Assembly: GCA_963806225.1 (NCBI GenBank)
Contig: CAWDXG010000001.1
Span: 672,001-736,000, forward strand
From: an uncultured delta proteobacterium
GTDB lineage: Bacteria > Myxococcota_A > Polyangia > Polyangiales > Polyangiaceae
DNA: 64,000 nt
Direction: 5' to 3'
The first letter of the stretch is position 1; the number at the start of each line of letters is the position of its first letter. A program made the position numbers and the translations under genes. Below are positions 32,839-43,544 of the stretch, piece by piece. The notes under the pieces were generated by a model, which was not told where the DNA came from, did no database searches, and saw nothing but the letters and a program-made list of their open reading frames with translations.

Positions 32839-34031
32839 GACAGCTCCGCCCGGCGGTAGATGGTGACGACCGCCGCGCCGCCCAGGCCCAGGTTGTGCTG
32901 CAGGGCGACCTTGGCGCCGTCGACCTGGCGCTTGTCTGCCTTGCCGCGCAGCTGCCAATTGAGCTCGGCGCACTGCGCGAGGCCGGTGGCGCCGAGCGGA
33001 TGGCCCTTGGAGATGAGGCCGCCGGAGGGATTGACGACCCACTTGCCGCCGTAGGTCACGGCGCCCGAGTCGATGAGCTCGCCGCCCTTGCCCTCTTCGG
33101 CCAGGCGCAGGCCCTCGTAGGTCAATAGCTCGTTGCTCGAGAAGCAGTCGTGCAGCTCGATCACGTCGACGTTCTCGGGGCCGATGCCGCTCATCTCGTA
33201 GGCCTGGTCGGCGGCCTTCTGCGTCATGTCGTAGCCGACCATCTTGATGCAGCTCTTGTCGTCGAAGGTGCTGGGCATGTCGGTCGCCATGGCCATGCCC
33301 GCGATCTCGACGGCGTTGTCCTGCAGGTTGTGCTTCTTGACGAAGTCCTCGCTGGCGAGGATTGCCACGCCGGCGCCGTCCGAAGTCGGGCAGCACTGCA
33401 GCTTGGTGAGCGGCTCGTACACCATCTTCGCGTTCAGGATGTCGTCGAGCGAGTACTCGTCCTGGAACTGCGAGTAGGGGTTGTTGACCGAGTGCTTGTG
33501 GTTCTTCAGCCCGATCTTGGCGAACTGCTCCGCGGTGGTGCCGTACTTCTCCATGTGCTCGCGGCCCGCGTTGCCGAACAGCTGCGGCGCGGGCGGGGCC
33601 GGTGCGAAGTCGCGCAGGCTCATCATGAGCAGCATGTGCTTGTCCATGGGGTTCGTGCGGTCCATGTACTTGGCGCCGAGCGAGCCCTTCTCCATCTTCT
33701 CGAAGCCGGCGGCGAGCACGCACTCGGCGAGGCCGCCCTCGACCAGTTGCTTGGCGAGGAAGAGCGCCGTGGAGCCCGTGGAGCAGTTGTTGTTCACGTT
33801 GTAGATGGGCATGCCGGTGAGCCCGAGCTCGTACAGCGCGCGCTCGCCCGAGGTGGACTCGCCGTAGCAGTAGCCCGCGACGGCCTGCTGGACCTCGCTG
33901 AAGTCGATGCCCGCGTCCGCGAGCGCTTTCTCGCCCGCTTCCTTCACCATCTGCGGGTAGTCCCAGTCTTTCGATCCGGGCTTCTCGAACTTCGTCATCC
34001 CCACGCCGACCACGTAGACTTTCCTGCCCAT
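32835..34031 (-). CDS. SCP-x-type thiolase (lipid-transfer protein)
   Basis: [48 protein letters not shown]. Confidence 0.95.
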   Translation of the reverse strand: MGRKVYVVGVGMTKFEKPGSKDWDYPQMVKEAGEKALADAGIDFSEVQQAVAGYCYGESTSGERALYELGLTGMPIYNVNNNCSTGSTALFLAKQLVEGGLAECVLAAGFEKMEKGSLGAKYMDRTNPMDKHMLLMMSLRDFAPAPPAPQLFGNAGREHMEKYGTTAEQFAKIGLKNHKHSVNNPYSQFQDEYSLDDILNAKMVYEPLTKLQCCPTSDGAGVAILASEDFVKKHNLQDNAVEIAGMAMATDMPSTFDDKSCIKMVGYDMTQKAADQAYEMSGIGPENVDVIELHDCFSSNELLTYEGLRLAEEGKGGELIDSGAVTYGGKWVVNPSGGLISKGHPLGATGLAQCAELNWQLRGKADKRQVDGAKVALQHNLGLGGAAVVTIYRRAELS

Positions 34032-34203
34032 TTGCTCGCTCCTTTTCCGCCGATCCGGTAGCGCCTTGCGCCTCGTCGCAGGTGCGCTCCGGAAAACTGG
34101 CCGATCGGTCGAATACGATATCCAGCGCGGGCGTGCAAGCGACAGCGCTGCCGCGTGGCTGGAGCCCGTGATCGCCCGAGCCCGGCGCTGCAGGGCGTGG
34201 AGC

Positions 34204-34998
34204 TCAGGCCCCGGCCGGGCTCGCGGCGGGAGGCGCCTTGCGCCCGGCGCGGGTCTTCTTGATCTTCTCCACCAGTTCGCGCGGCGCGATGGTGCCGAAC
34301 AGCCAGTCGGCGAGTGGAACGGTCACGTTGAAGTTCCACTTCTGCATCAGGCGCGGGTCGTGGTGGCGTGCGTGCAGCTCGCTGAGCTGCTTCAGGAAGG
34401 GCAGCTTGTAGACCACGGACGTCTCCGGCAGGTGGTAGGCCAGGTGCGACAGCTCGTAGCCAACGACGTACACGCTGGAGGTCATCAGCACCAGCCAGCC
34501 GACGTTCGGCGAGATCAGCGCGCCAGCGAGTGCCGCAGCGGGCGCGGCCATGGCTACGATGCCCGCCGCGCCCACGGCCGGCAGGAGCACCAGCCGCATC
34601 TCGCGGGCCGAGCGGATCTCCATGTCGCCATAGCGGTAGACGCGGTGGTGCTCCGGCGTGTGGCGATCGTAGAGCACGGCCAGGGGCTTGAATCGCTTGT
34701 TGCGGCGGTGCAGGAGATTGCGGTGAGCATGCCACTCCATCACGTTGGAGAGTGCGAACGTGACAGGGACCGCGACGAGCTCGATCGGTGCGAGCCCATG
34801 GATCTTCCACACGGCCAGCGCTAGCGCGCCGGCGCCGAGGCCCAGCGTCGAGCCGAGGTGCGCCCACGGCGAGTACCAGCGGGGGATGCGGCTCATCATC
34901 CCGTCGCGGAACTCCTCCCGGCTCTGTTCGCCCCGGAAGTACCGGCGATCGTCGTCCTCGGAGAAGCTCGGCTCCGTCGGGTTCGCGGTCTCGGCCAT
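34204..34998 (-). CDS. Sterol desaturase / fatty acid hydroxylase family protein
   Basis: His boxes [31 protein letters not shown]. Confidence 0.88.
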   Translation of the reverse strand: MAETANPTEPSFSEDDDRRYFRGEQSREEFRDGMMSRIPRWYSPWAHLGSTLGLGAGALALAVWKIHGLAPIELVAVPVTFALSNVMEWHAHRNLLHRRNKRFKPLAVLYDRHTPEHHRVYRYGDMEIRSAREMRLVLLPAVGAAGIVAMAAPAAALAGALISPNVGWLVLMTSSVYVVGYELSHLAYHLPETSVVYKLPFLKQLSELHARHHDPRLMQKWNFNVTVPLADWLFGTIAPRELVEKIKKTRAGRKAPPAASPAGA

Positions 34999-35150
34999 GT
35001 CCCAGCTGTACGTTCTGTTTTTACAGAACGCAAGCTCATGGCGGGGTGGGCCCGCGGGCCTATGGCAATCGCGACGAACCCGGAACGTGTGGCGCGCCAG
35101 CGTGACGCTATTCTAGCCGCGATGAGACGTTGTCGACCGGAGTTGCGCGA

Positions 35151-35891
35151 ATGAGCGACGGGAGCGATCCCTTCGCGCACCATCCCGAGCTGCGCGGGCG
35201 CATCGTGCCGTACCAGGAGTCGCGGTTCCGCGACTTCAATCTCGGTGAGCTCGACGAGGCATTGCGCGAGCTCGACCAGCCGGGTCTCCGGCGTGTTCCC
35301 GACGAAGAGCGGGAGGCGGGCCGGCGGTGCACATTGGAAGGCCGCTGGGATCGCGACTTGTGGGTGTTCGCCTACGGCTCGCTGATGTGGGATCCAGGGC
35401 TGCATTTCGCCGAGGTCCGCCGTGCGCGTCTGGACGGTCACGAACGGCAGTTCTGTCTGGAGACGACTTTCGGTCGCGGCTCGGACGATCAGCCCGGGCT
35501 CATGCTCGGGCTGGTGCCAGGTGTTGGCTGCGAGGGGCTGGCCTTCCGCATCCCCAGAGAGCGCATCGAGGTGGAGACCGGGATCGTGTGGCGCCGAGAA
35601 AGACTATTTCACGCCTACGTGCCGACATTCGCCCGCGTCGAGACCGCGCTTGGTCCCGAGCAGGCGCTCGTTTTTCTGATCGATCCGACCTCCGGGCTCT
35701 ACCTGGGCGAGCTGACGTTCGAGGAGCAGGCCCACCGCATGGCCCACGCCTACGGCTTCCTCGGCTCGGGTTTCGAGTACCTGCACAACGTCGTCCACCA
35801 GCTCGCCGCGGTGGGGATCGACGATCCCGGGATCACGGCGCTGTATGCCAGAGCCGTCGAGCTGCGAGAGGGCGCCGCTGCACAACCCTGA
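35151..35891 (+). CDS. chaC: ChaC-family gamma-glutamylcyclotransferase
   Basis: WVFAYGSLMWDP, RGS..QPGLMLGL, WRRE. Confidence 0.88.
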   Translation: MSDGSDPFAHHPELRGRIVPYQESRFRDFNLGELDEALRELDQPGLRRVPDEEREAGRRCTLEGRWDRDLWVFAYGSLMWDPGLHFAEVRRARLDGHERQFCLETTFGRGSDDQPGLMLGLVPGVGCEGLAFRIPRERIEVETGIVWRRERLFHAYVPTFARVETALGPEQALVFLIDPTSGLYLGELTFEEQAHRMAHAYGFLGSGFEYLHNVVHQLAAVGIDDPGITALYARAVELREGAAAQP

Positions 35892-35918
35892 GCGACGCGC
35901 TTCCTGGAGGGCTTCGCC

Positions 35919-36536
35919 TCAGCTCCCCATCATGTTGGCGGCCACGACCAGGCCGACCACCAAGAGAAGCACGGAGCCTGCGACACCCAGCAGCGCCAGC
36001 CTCCGGAAGAGGATGATCCTGCGATGTTCGGGGGGGAGCGCCGAGGCCGGGATCTTGCCGTGCGTTGGGCAGAAGTGCGCGCTGGCGATGGCCTTCACGA
36101 TCAATATTCCGACGAGGCCTCCCGCACCCCTGCCGATCGCGCCGGCAGTGCCCGACCGGGACGACATGAACGCGCCGCACGTGGGGCAGGGGATTCTGCC
36201 GAATAGTCCCGGGCTAGCAGCCTGCGCAGAGCCTTGCTGCACCTGCTGCTGCGGGTAGCCCTGCTGCTGCTGCGGGTAGCCCTGCTGCTGTTGCTGCTGC
36301 GGATAGCCCTGCTGCTGCGGATAGCCCTGCTGCTGCGGATAGCCCTGCTGCTGCGGGTAGCCCTGCTGCTGCGGATAGCCCTGCTGCTGCGGATAGCCCT
36401 GCTGCTGCTGCGGGTAGCCCTGCTGCTGCGGGGCGGTCTGTTGTTGGAAGGCCTGCTGCTGTTGTGCCGGGTAGCCGCCCTGCGGAGGTTGCCCGTACGG
36501 ATTGTGCGGAGGTCCGCCTGGATTTCCCGGCTGCAT
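35919..36536 (-). CDS. Gln/Gly/Tyr/Pro low-complexity membrane protein
   Basis: 9x Q3-6GYP, then CPTC and CPTH motifs, Gly-zipper, C-terminal TM. Confidence 0.75.
   Translation of the reverse strand: MQPGNPGGPPHNPYGQPPQGGYPAQQQQAFQQQTAPQQQGYPQQQQGYPQQQGYPQQQGYPQQQGYPQQQGYPQQQGYPQQQQQQGYPQQQQGYPQQQVQQGSAQAASPGLFGRIPCPTCGAFMSSRSGTAGAIGRGAGGLVGILIVKAIASAHFCPTHGKIPASALPPEHRRIILFRRLALLGVAGSVLLLVVGLVVAANMMGS
36244..36430. repeat. Coding tandem repeat, about 18-bp unit gg(a/g)tagccctgctgctgc
   Basis: 9 units with variable ctg number. Confidence 0.95.
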
Positions 36537-36638
36537 GATGCATCGAGGTTACCCGAGCCCTCCAGCCAACTCAATCTGCAGGGCATGGCTGGAAGGAAGC
36601 GGCTCCCCGGCGCTTTCGAAGCGCTATTATCCCCGGCG

Positions 36639-38277
36639 ATGCTCCGCCGGTCGTTGTTCGTGGCCCTGTCTCTGGCCGCTGTGTCGGGCTGCTCGTCGGG
36701 AAAGTCGCAGGCGCCGGCGGCGTCGCAGCCGACTGCCGACTGGAACGCCGAGGCGAAGAAGCTCCTGACCGGCCCCGACTGGTACCGCCACGCGATCTTC
36801 TACGAGGTGTACGTCCGATCCTTCCAGGACTCGAACGGCGACGGCATCGGCGACTTCAAGGGGCTCACGTCGCGGCTCGACTATCTGAAGGAGCTCGGGG
36901 TCGACGCGATCCGGCTGATGCCGATGTACCCCACGCCCTTCAAGGACTCGGGCTACGACATATCGGACTACGAGGCCATCAACCCCGACTACGGGACGAT
37001 GGCCGACTTCGACGGGTTCTTGAAGCAGGCTCACCAGCGGGGCATCCGGGTGCTGGCTGATCTGGTGTTGAACCACACGTCCGACCAGCATCCGTGGTTC
37101 CAGGAATCGCGCAAGGACAAGACCAACCCCAAAGCGGACTGGTACATCTGGTCGGATACGCCCTCCAGTCCGGACATCGGCTGCGGCACCGACAATCCCA
37201 AGTTCGGCAAGTCCGCGTGGCAGCTCGACCCTGTGCGGGGCCAGTACTACTTCCACCGCTTCTATCCCGAGCAGCCCGACCTGAACTACAGAAACCCCGA
37301 GGTGGTGAAGGCCACGCTGGACGTGGCGCGCTACTGGCTGGACAAGGGTGTGGACGGCTTCCGCTGCGGCGTGATCGCCTTCCTCTACGAGTCGGCGAAC
37401 GGCTGCGATTTTCTCCCCGGGACGCATGACTACATCAAGAAGCTGCGCGCGCTGCTCGACCAGTACCCCGATCGCGCCATGGTGGCCGAGTCGACCGACT
37501 TCAATACCTCCGGCCAGTACTTCGGCAACGGCCAGAATATGTTCCACATGGCGTTCGACTTCGCCTACGGTTACTTCTGGCAGTTCCCTTTCGCGGGCGG
37601 GAACGCCGGTGCCATCAAGACCGCGTTCCAGAACGCACAGGACACCTATCCCCCCGGCGCGCAGGATGGCGCTGGTGATCGGCTCCCACGATGTGTCCGC
37701 GCCTACATCACGGCGACGGGGGACGAGACGCGCGCCCGGCGCGCCGCCCTGATCCAGATGACGATGCCCGGCTCGCCCTTCATCTACTACGGAGAAGAGC
37801 TGTCGCTGCGCTCGGGCAAGCAACAGGTGGTCGACTCGCGGGACTACGCGCGCACGCCGATGCTCTGGGACGCGGGGCCGGGCTACGGTTTCACAAGCGG
37901 CAAGCCCTGGATCGCCTTCGGGGAGGATGCCGACAACACCAACCTGGCGGCGGAAAAGTCCGATCCGGGCTCGATGTACAACTGGTACAAGAAGCTCCTC
38001 GCCCTCAGGCGTGGGCGGGCGGTGTGGGGCACCGGCCAGCTCCGGCTGCTCGAGACCGACACTGGCGCTGTCCTGGCCTACGTGCGCCAGGACAGCCGCT
38101 TCGAGTATCTGGTCGCGGTGAACATGACGTTCCGACAGCCAGACGGCGACAATTGCCGACGCGAAGTTGCCTGGGAGTGGCAAGCTCGCGTGGGGCGCCG
38201 GGAAGCTCGGCGTGCATGGTGACTCGGCGACAGTGCAACTCCCTGGGAGCGAAGACGCGATCTTCCAGATCAAGTGA
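36639..38277 (+). CDS. GH13 alpha-amylase/alpha-glucosidase family lipoprotein (several apparent lesions)
   Basis: YEVYVRSFQDSNGDGIGD, DLVLNHTSD, QPDLNY, GVDGFR, PFIYYGEE; SHD motif out of frame at 37668-37697; +1 at about 38130 with true tail ending DAIFQIK*. Confidence 0.88.
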
Positions 38278-38288
38278 CGAGGTTGACG

Positions 38289-40334
38289 ATGAGTGCGTAC
38301 ACGACTGCAGACATCCGCAACATTGTGCTCGTCGGGCAGGCGGGCTCGGGCAAGAGCACGCTGGTGGAAGCACTGCTCTCGGCGGCGCAGGGCAAACCCG
38401 GCAGCACCGAAAGCAAGCGCGGCGAGGCGCTCACGGATTTCGACCCGCTGGAGCATGACTACCACCATTCGCTGAACCTCGCGGTGGCCAGCGTCGAGTT
38501 TTCGGGCAAGCACATCAATCTGATCGACGCTCCCGGCTACTCGGACTTCCTGGGCCAGACGCTGGGCGGCCTGGCGGCGGCCGACACCATGGTGGTCGTG
38601 GTCAACGCGACCTCCGGCATTGAACCGATGACCCGGCGCATGATGGACCGCGCTGCCGCGCAGCACCTGCCTTGCATGGTGGTGGTCAACAAGATCGACG
38701 CCGATCCGGATCACCTGAGCGAGCTGCTGGACGCGCTCACCGAGGCGTTTGGCCGGGGCTGCCTGCCGCTGGACCTTCCGGCGGGGCACGCCGAGAAGGT
38801 GGTCGACGTGGTCAGCCAGAACGAAGGCGAGTCCGACATCTCCTCGCCGGTGGCCGCGCACACCGCGCTCGTCGAGCAGGTGGTCGAGGTCGACGAGGCG
38901 GCCATGGAGCAGTACCTGGAGCAGGGCGATGTCGACCCGGCGGCGCTGCACGCTCCATTCGAACAGGCGCTGCGCGAAGGGCACCTGATCCCGGTCTGCT
39001 TCGTCTCCGCGCGCACCGGCGCCGGCGTGCCGGAGCTTCTGCATGTGCTCACCGAGCTGGCTCCCAACCCGCTGGAGGGCAACCCGCACGCGTTCGTGCA
39101 GCAGAAGGACGGCGAGAGCGAGGAGCTCTGGGCAAAGCCGGACCCGGAACTCCCGCTCCTGGCCCACGTGTTCAAGGTCGACCACGACACCTTTGCGGGC
39201 AAGATTGCCCACATCCGCGTGCACCAGGGCACGCTGAAGAAGAACAGCCAGGTGCTGCTCGATCGCGAAGGCAGGTCGTTCAAGGTTTCGCACCTCGTGC
39301 ATGTCCAGGGTGCCAAGCACACGGAAGTGGACGAGGTGAGGGCAGGGGACATCTGCGCCATCACCAAGGTGGAGGAGCTGCACCAGGATGCGGTTCTTCA
39401 CGCCGATCACGAACAGGACGCGGTCGGGCCGCCGCGCATGCAGTATCCGACGCCGCTGGTGGGCCTGGCGCTGGCCGCCAAGCGCCGCGGTGACGAAGGC
39501 AAGATCACCGACGTGCTGCACCGTCTGGTCGCCGAAGATCCGGGACTTCGCATCGAGCACGACATGGCCGCTGGCGAGACGGTGCTCAGGGGGCTGGGTG
39601 ATCTTCACCTCAAGGTCGCGCTCGACAAGCTGGAGAAACGCTACAACGTCCAGGTCGAGACGCATCCGCCCAGCATTCCCTACCGCGAGACGATCACCCG
39701 ACCCGCATCGGGCCATCACCGCCACAAGAAGCAGACGGGCGGCGCCGGCCAGTTCGGCGAGGTGTTCCTCGAGGTCGAACCGCTGGCGCGCGGCACGGGC
39801 TTCGAGTTCGTCGACCAGATCAAGGGCGGGACGATCCCGGGCCAGTTCCTGCCCGCGGTGGAGAAGGGCGTGCGCCAGGTGCTCGGTTCCGGGGTGATCG
39901 GCGGCTATCCGGTCCAGGACGTGCGCGTCACCGTCGTCGACGGCAAGCACCACGCGGTGGACTCGAAGGAAGTGGCGTTCATCGTGGCCGGTCGCAAGGC
40001 CTTCCTCGACGCGCTGGACAAGGCGGGGGCCGTCCTGCTCGAGCCGATGGTGGATCTCGAGGTCACCGCCCCGGCCGCCCACATGGGCGACATCACCGGG
40101 GATCTCGCGTCGCGTCGCGGGCGGCTGAACAACACGCTGCACAGCGCGGACGGCAAGGTGACGGTGCTCGCCCACGCGCCGCTCGCCGAGCTGGCCGACT
40201 ACGCCACACGCCTGAAGTCCATGACCGGCGGCGAGGGCCAGTGGAGCATCCAGCTCAGCGGCTACGAACCGGCGCCCAGCCGCGTGCAGGAAGAGATCGC
40301 GGCGGCGCACCAGGAAAAGAAATACGACGCCCGA
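38289..40334 (+). CDS. Elongation factor G paralog (EF-G-like/EF-G2)
   Basis: GQAGSGKSTL, DAPGY, NKID, PYRETI, HKKQTGGAGQFGEV, LLEPM; ORF reads on to 40637 but homology ends about 40330 (CGA at 40332 may be a miscalled TGA). Confidence 0.9.
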
Positions 40335-40377
40335 CGGGCCTGTTCCCGGCCGCGGGGTATAGTTCCGTCCGCCCCCA

Positions 40378-41214
40378 ATGTGCGAGCTATTTGCCATGTC
40401 GTCCGGCAGGGCGACCAACGTCAATTTCAGCTTTGCGGAGTTCTCGCGGCGCGGTGCGTCCACCGCGAGAAATCCGGACGGCTGGGGCGTGGCCTACTTC
40501 GACGGGCCCGACGTGCGGTTGGTGCGCGAGCCGCAGCCCACGGACGACAGCGCGTGCGTGCGTTTCCTGATGGACAACGCCCTCGACAGTCGCCTGGTCA
40601 TCTCGCACGTGCGCCGGGCCACCCAGGGCCGGCGTAGTCTGCCGAATACGCAGCCCTTCGCTCGCGAGCTCGGCGGGCGCATGCACGTCTTTTCGCACAA
40701 CGGCGACCTCGACGGCATCGGCGAGACGCCGCTCGACGGCTGCCATCGACCCATCGGCGACACGGATTCCGAGCATGCGTTCTGCGTGCTGCTCGGCGAG
40801 CTGGCCCAGGCGTGGCGGCGTGGCAGCGGGACGCCGTCGTTCGACGAACGATTCGACATCGTGTGCGCCTTTGCCGAGAGATTGCGGCCACTCGGTCCGG
40901 CGAATTTCATCTACTCCGACGGCGACGCGCTCTTCGTCCACGCGCACCGCCGCACCCAGCCCGGCGGGAAGTCCCCACGCCCGCCGGGGGTGCACCTGCT
41001 CCACCGCGTGTGCCAGGAACCGACCTGCCCCGATCTCGGGCCGGGACTCGACATCGAACATCCCATGCAGCGTGTCGTACTGTTCGCCAGCGTCCCGCTC
41101 ACCGACGAAGGCTGGGTGCCGCTCGAAGAGGGCGAGGTCGTCGCCGCGCGGGACGGTCGTCTGCTCCGGAGCAGCGCGGGACGCGAGCCGGCGAGCCTCC
41201 GGAAGCCGGCGTGA
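40378..41214 (+). CDS. Class II glutamine amidotransferase (YafJ/EgtC-like)
   Basis: N-terminal MCELF, NPDGWG, SHVRRAT, NTQPF, HNG, TDSE. Confidence 0.9.
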   Translation: MCELFAMSSGRATNVNFSFAEFSRRGASTARNPDGWGVAYFDGPDVRLVREPQPTDDSACVRFLMDNALDSRLVISHVRRATQGRRSLPNTQPFARELGGRMHVFSHNGDLDGIGETPLDGCHRPIGDTDSEHAFCVLLGELAQAWRRGSGTPSFDERFDIVCAFAERLRPLGPANFIYSDGDALFVHAHRRTQPGGKSPRPPGVHLLHRVCQEPTCPDLGPGLDIEHPMQRVVLFASVPLTDEGWVPLEEGEVVAARDGRLLRSSAGREPASLRKPA

Positions 41215-41313
41215 CCCGCCGCGTTCTGGTGCCCATCGTGGCGGCGTGTGCGGTCGCGCGTTCGGCGCCCGGGCCCTACCGTTGACCAGGTCGGCGCGCT
41301 AGGCTGCGCCTCC

Positions 41314-42279
41314 ATGCGACCTGTCCGCGGCGAAGAAGACATCGACGAACTCCTGCGCAGTGCGAAGGCACTCGCGGTGATCACGGCCTGGAACGAGCTG
41401 GGCCTGTTCGACAAGCTCGCCGGGGGCCCGAAGACGATCGACGAGCTTTCAGTCGACCGGCGCGCGCTGGAGGTCACGATTCCCGTGCTCAAACATCTGG
41501 GCCTCCTGTTCGACGCGGGTGACCGCATCGCGCTGTCGCCCGCGGCCGTGCGGATGCATGAAGGAAAGCAGCTGCCGACGCAGCGCAACCTCGACATCCT
41601 GCGCGGCATCGCCCAGATGGACGACGTGGTCCGGCGCGGTGGCCCGCTTTCCGAAAACGATGCAACCAACGGCGGCGTCGTCGAGGATCCGGAGCGCGCC
41701 GCACGCTTCCTCGACATGCTGTACGGTGCCAGCAGCCAGAGCACCGAGCAGGTCTACGACGCGCTCTCGCCGCTCCTGTCCGCACGCTCGCGCATGCTCG
41801 ACGTGGGCGGCGGGCACGGCCGCTACTCGCGCCGCTTCGCCGACGCCGGTCACACGGCCACGCTGTTCGATTTCCCCCACGTCGTCGAGTACGCCCAAGA
41901 GCGCCACGGCGAGGCCCTCGGCTACATCGCCGGCAATTTCCGCGACGAGTCGGCGGACTTCGGCGGGCCCTACGATTTGGTTTTCCTGTCGAACATCGTG
42001 CACGGCGAGCCCGACCAGGAGAACCGCTCGCTCATCGCCCGGCTCGCGAGCACGCTCGCACCCGGCGGCCGACTCGTCATCAAGGACATGTTCCTCGACG
42101 AGCACGGCGACAATCCGGAAAATGCCGTCTTCTTCGGGCTGACGATGCTGTACTACACACGCGGCGGTCAGAGCCCCGGCGTCGCGCAGGCGCGCGGCTG
42201 GCTCGAGGCGGGCGGGCTTGTCGAGCCGGCGCTCGCGACCTTCGATCGCTACCAGCTGCTCCACGCACGCAAGCCGTAG
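41314..42279 (+). CDS. O-methyltransferase (Methyltransf_2-like)
   Basis: N-terminal dimerisation region ELGLFD, LDVGGGHG, YDLVFLSNIVH, LAPGG. Confidence 0.85.
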   Translation: MRPVRGEEDIDELLRSAKALAVITAWNELGLFDKLAGGPKTIDELSVDRRALEVTIPVLKHLGLLFDAGDRIALSPAAVRMHEGKQLPTQRNLDILRGIAQMDDVVRRGGPLSENDATNGGVVEDPERAARFLDMLYGASSQSTEQVYDALSPLLSARSRMLDVGGGHGRYSRRFADAGHTATLFDFPHVVEYAQERHGEALGYIAGNFRDESADFGGPYDLVFLSNIVHGEPDQENRSLIARLASTLAPGGRLVIKDMFLDEHGDNPENAVFFGLTMLYYTRGGQSPGVAQARGWLEAGGLVEPALATFDRYQLLHARKP

Positions 42280-42281
42280 CG

Positions 42282-42698
42282 CTATCCGCGCGCAAACACC
42301 TGGTCCGGATCGCGGAACGCCTTGAACTCGAGCGCGTTGCCGCTCGGGTCGCGGAAGAACATCGTCGCCTGTTCGCCGACCTTGCCGGCGAAGCGTACGT
42401 GCGGTTCGATCGCGAACTGCACGTACGAGCGGCGAAGCCTATCGGCCAGCTCCTGCCACGCCTCCCAGTCGAGGATTACGCCGAAGTGCCGGCAGGGCAC
42501 GCTGTCGCCGTCGACGGCATTGACCGGATCCTCCGAAATGCGATCGTCCACCAGGTGCGCCGAGAGCTGGTGCCCGAAGAAGTCGAAGTCGATCCAGCGC
42601 GCGTCCTCGCGCCCGACGCACGCGCCGAGCAGCTCGCCGTAGAAGCTGCGCGTCTCTTCCAGATCGGTGACGGGGAAGGCGAGATGGAAGCGGGTCAT
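42282..42698 (-). CDS. VOC/glyoxalase family protein
   Basis: [31 protein letters not shown]. Confidence 0.9.
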   Translation of the reverse strand: MTRFHLAFPVTDLEETRSFYGELLGACVGREDARWIDFDFFGHQLSAHLVDDRISEDPVNAVDGDSVPCRHFGVILDWEAWQELADRLRRSYVQFAIEPHVRFAGKVGEQATMFFRDPSGNALEFKAFRDPDQVFARG

Positions 42699-43535
42699 AC
42701 CCCCGCCACGATATAGGCGAGCCAGCCGGGCTGGTTCTCGGCGCGCCGTGTGGGGCGATAGTCTTCCTCGTCCTCTTCCTCGGCCTGGTCCCAGTACACC
42801 TTCACGTCGGAGAAACCGGCCTCGCCCAGCAGTTCCGTGAGCTCGGGCAGCGTCCAGTAGCGCCACTCGTAGGTGAAGGCCTTTTCCAGCTTGGTGCCGT
42901 CCTTGAACTCGAAGTGGATGTAGTTCGTCACGTCATGCGTGATGGGGTCGAACTTGTCCTGATCCCACACGTACGTGAACCCGCCCTTGATGGGACGGCT
43001 CTCGTACATCGGCTCGAATGCTTCCCAGCCGCCGTAGGCGTCGAGCATGAAGAGCCCGTCCGGGCCGAGCGAGCGCTTGACCGTCTTCAGGTAGTTCCGC
43101 ATCTCGTTGCGCGTCCTGAAGATCCAGTAGCTGAAGTTGAACGCCACCACGATGTCGAAGCGCCCGCGCACGCGGTCGCGCACGTCCTGCCGGAGCAGCG
43201 TGATCCGCGAGGCGTCGCTGCCGAGCGGCTCGATGTTGTGCTCGCGGCCCCAGGCCAGCACCTCCGGATCGATGTCGACGCCCGTCGCGGCGCGCTCGCG
43301 GCCGTTCTTCACCCACTCGCCGCACAATAGCGCCGTGCCGCAGAAGTCCTCTCGCAGCGACAGCGCAGGCCGCTTGCGCTTCTTCTTGAAGACGCGTTCG
43401 ATGAACTTCGCCTCGGTGACGACGTTCCTGCACGCTCAGCTGGTAGAGCACCTGCTTGTCGGCGTTCTTCGCCGAGAAGCGCGGGTTCTTCGTCTTCTTC
43501 TTCCTGCGGGTCCGGGTCTCGGTTCGGGGGCTCAC
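42695..43535 (-). CDS. Class I SAM methyltransferase with apparent +1 frameshift at about 43425
   Basis: [12 protein letters not shown] joins VVTEAKF...[42 protein letters not shown]. Confidence 0.82.
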
Positions 43536-43544
43536 GTTTCCTCG

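Noticed and set aside
36244..36430. Regular repeats as a possible CRISPR array
   Set aside because: No unique spacers, in-frame coding repeat, no cas genes
36627..40463. 1278-aa minus-strand ORF (also 81-1508, 7340-9940, 10796-13009, 20005-22548, 43137-46388, 46978-49206)
   Set aside because: Shadow ORFs of high-GC genes that have clear motifs on the other strand or frame
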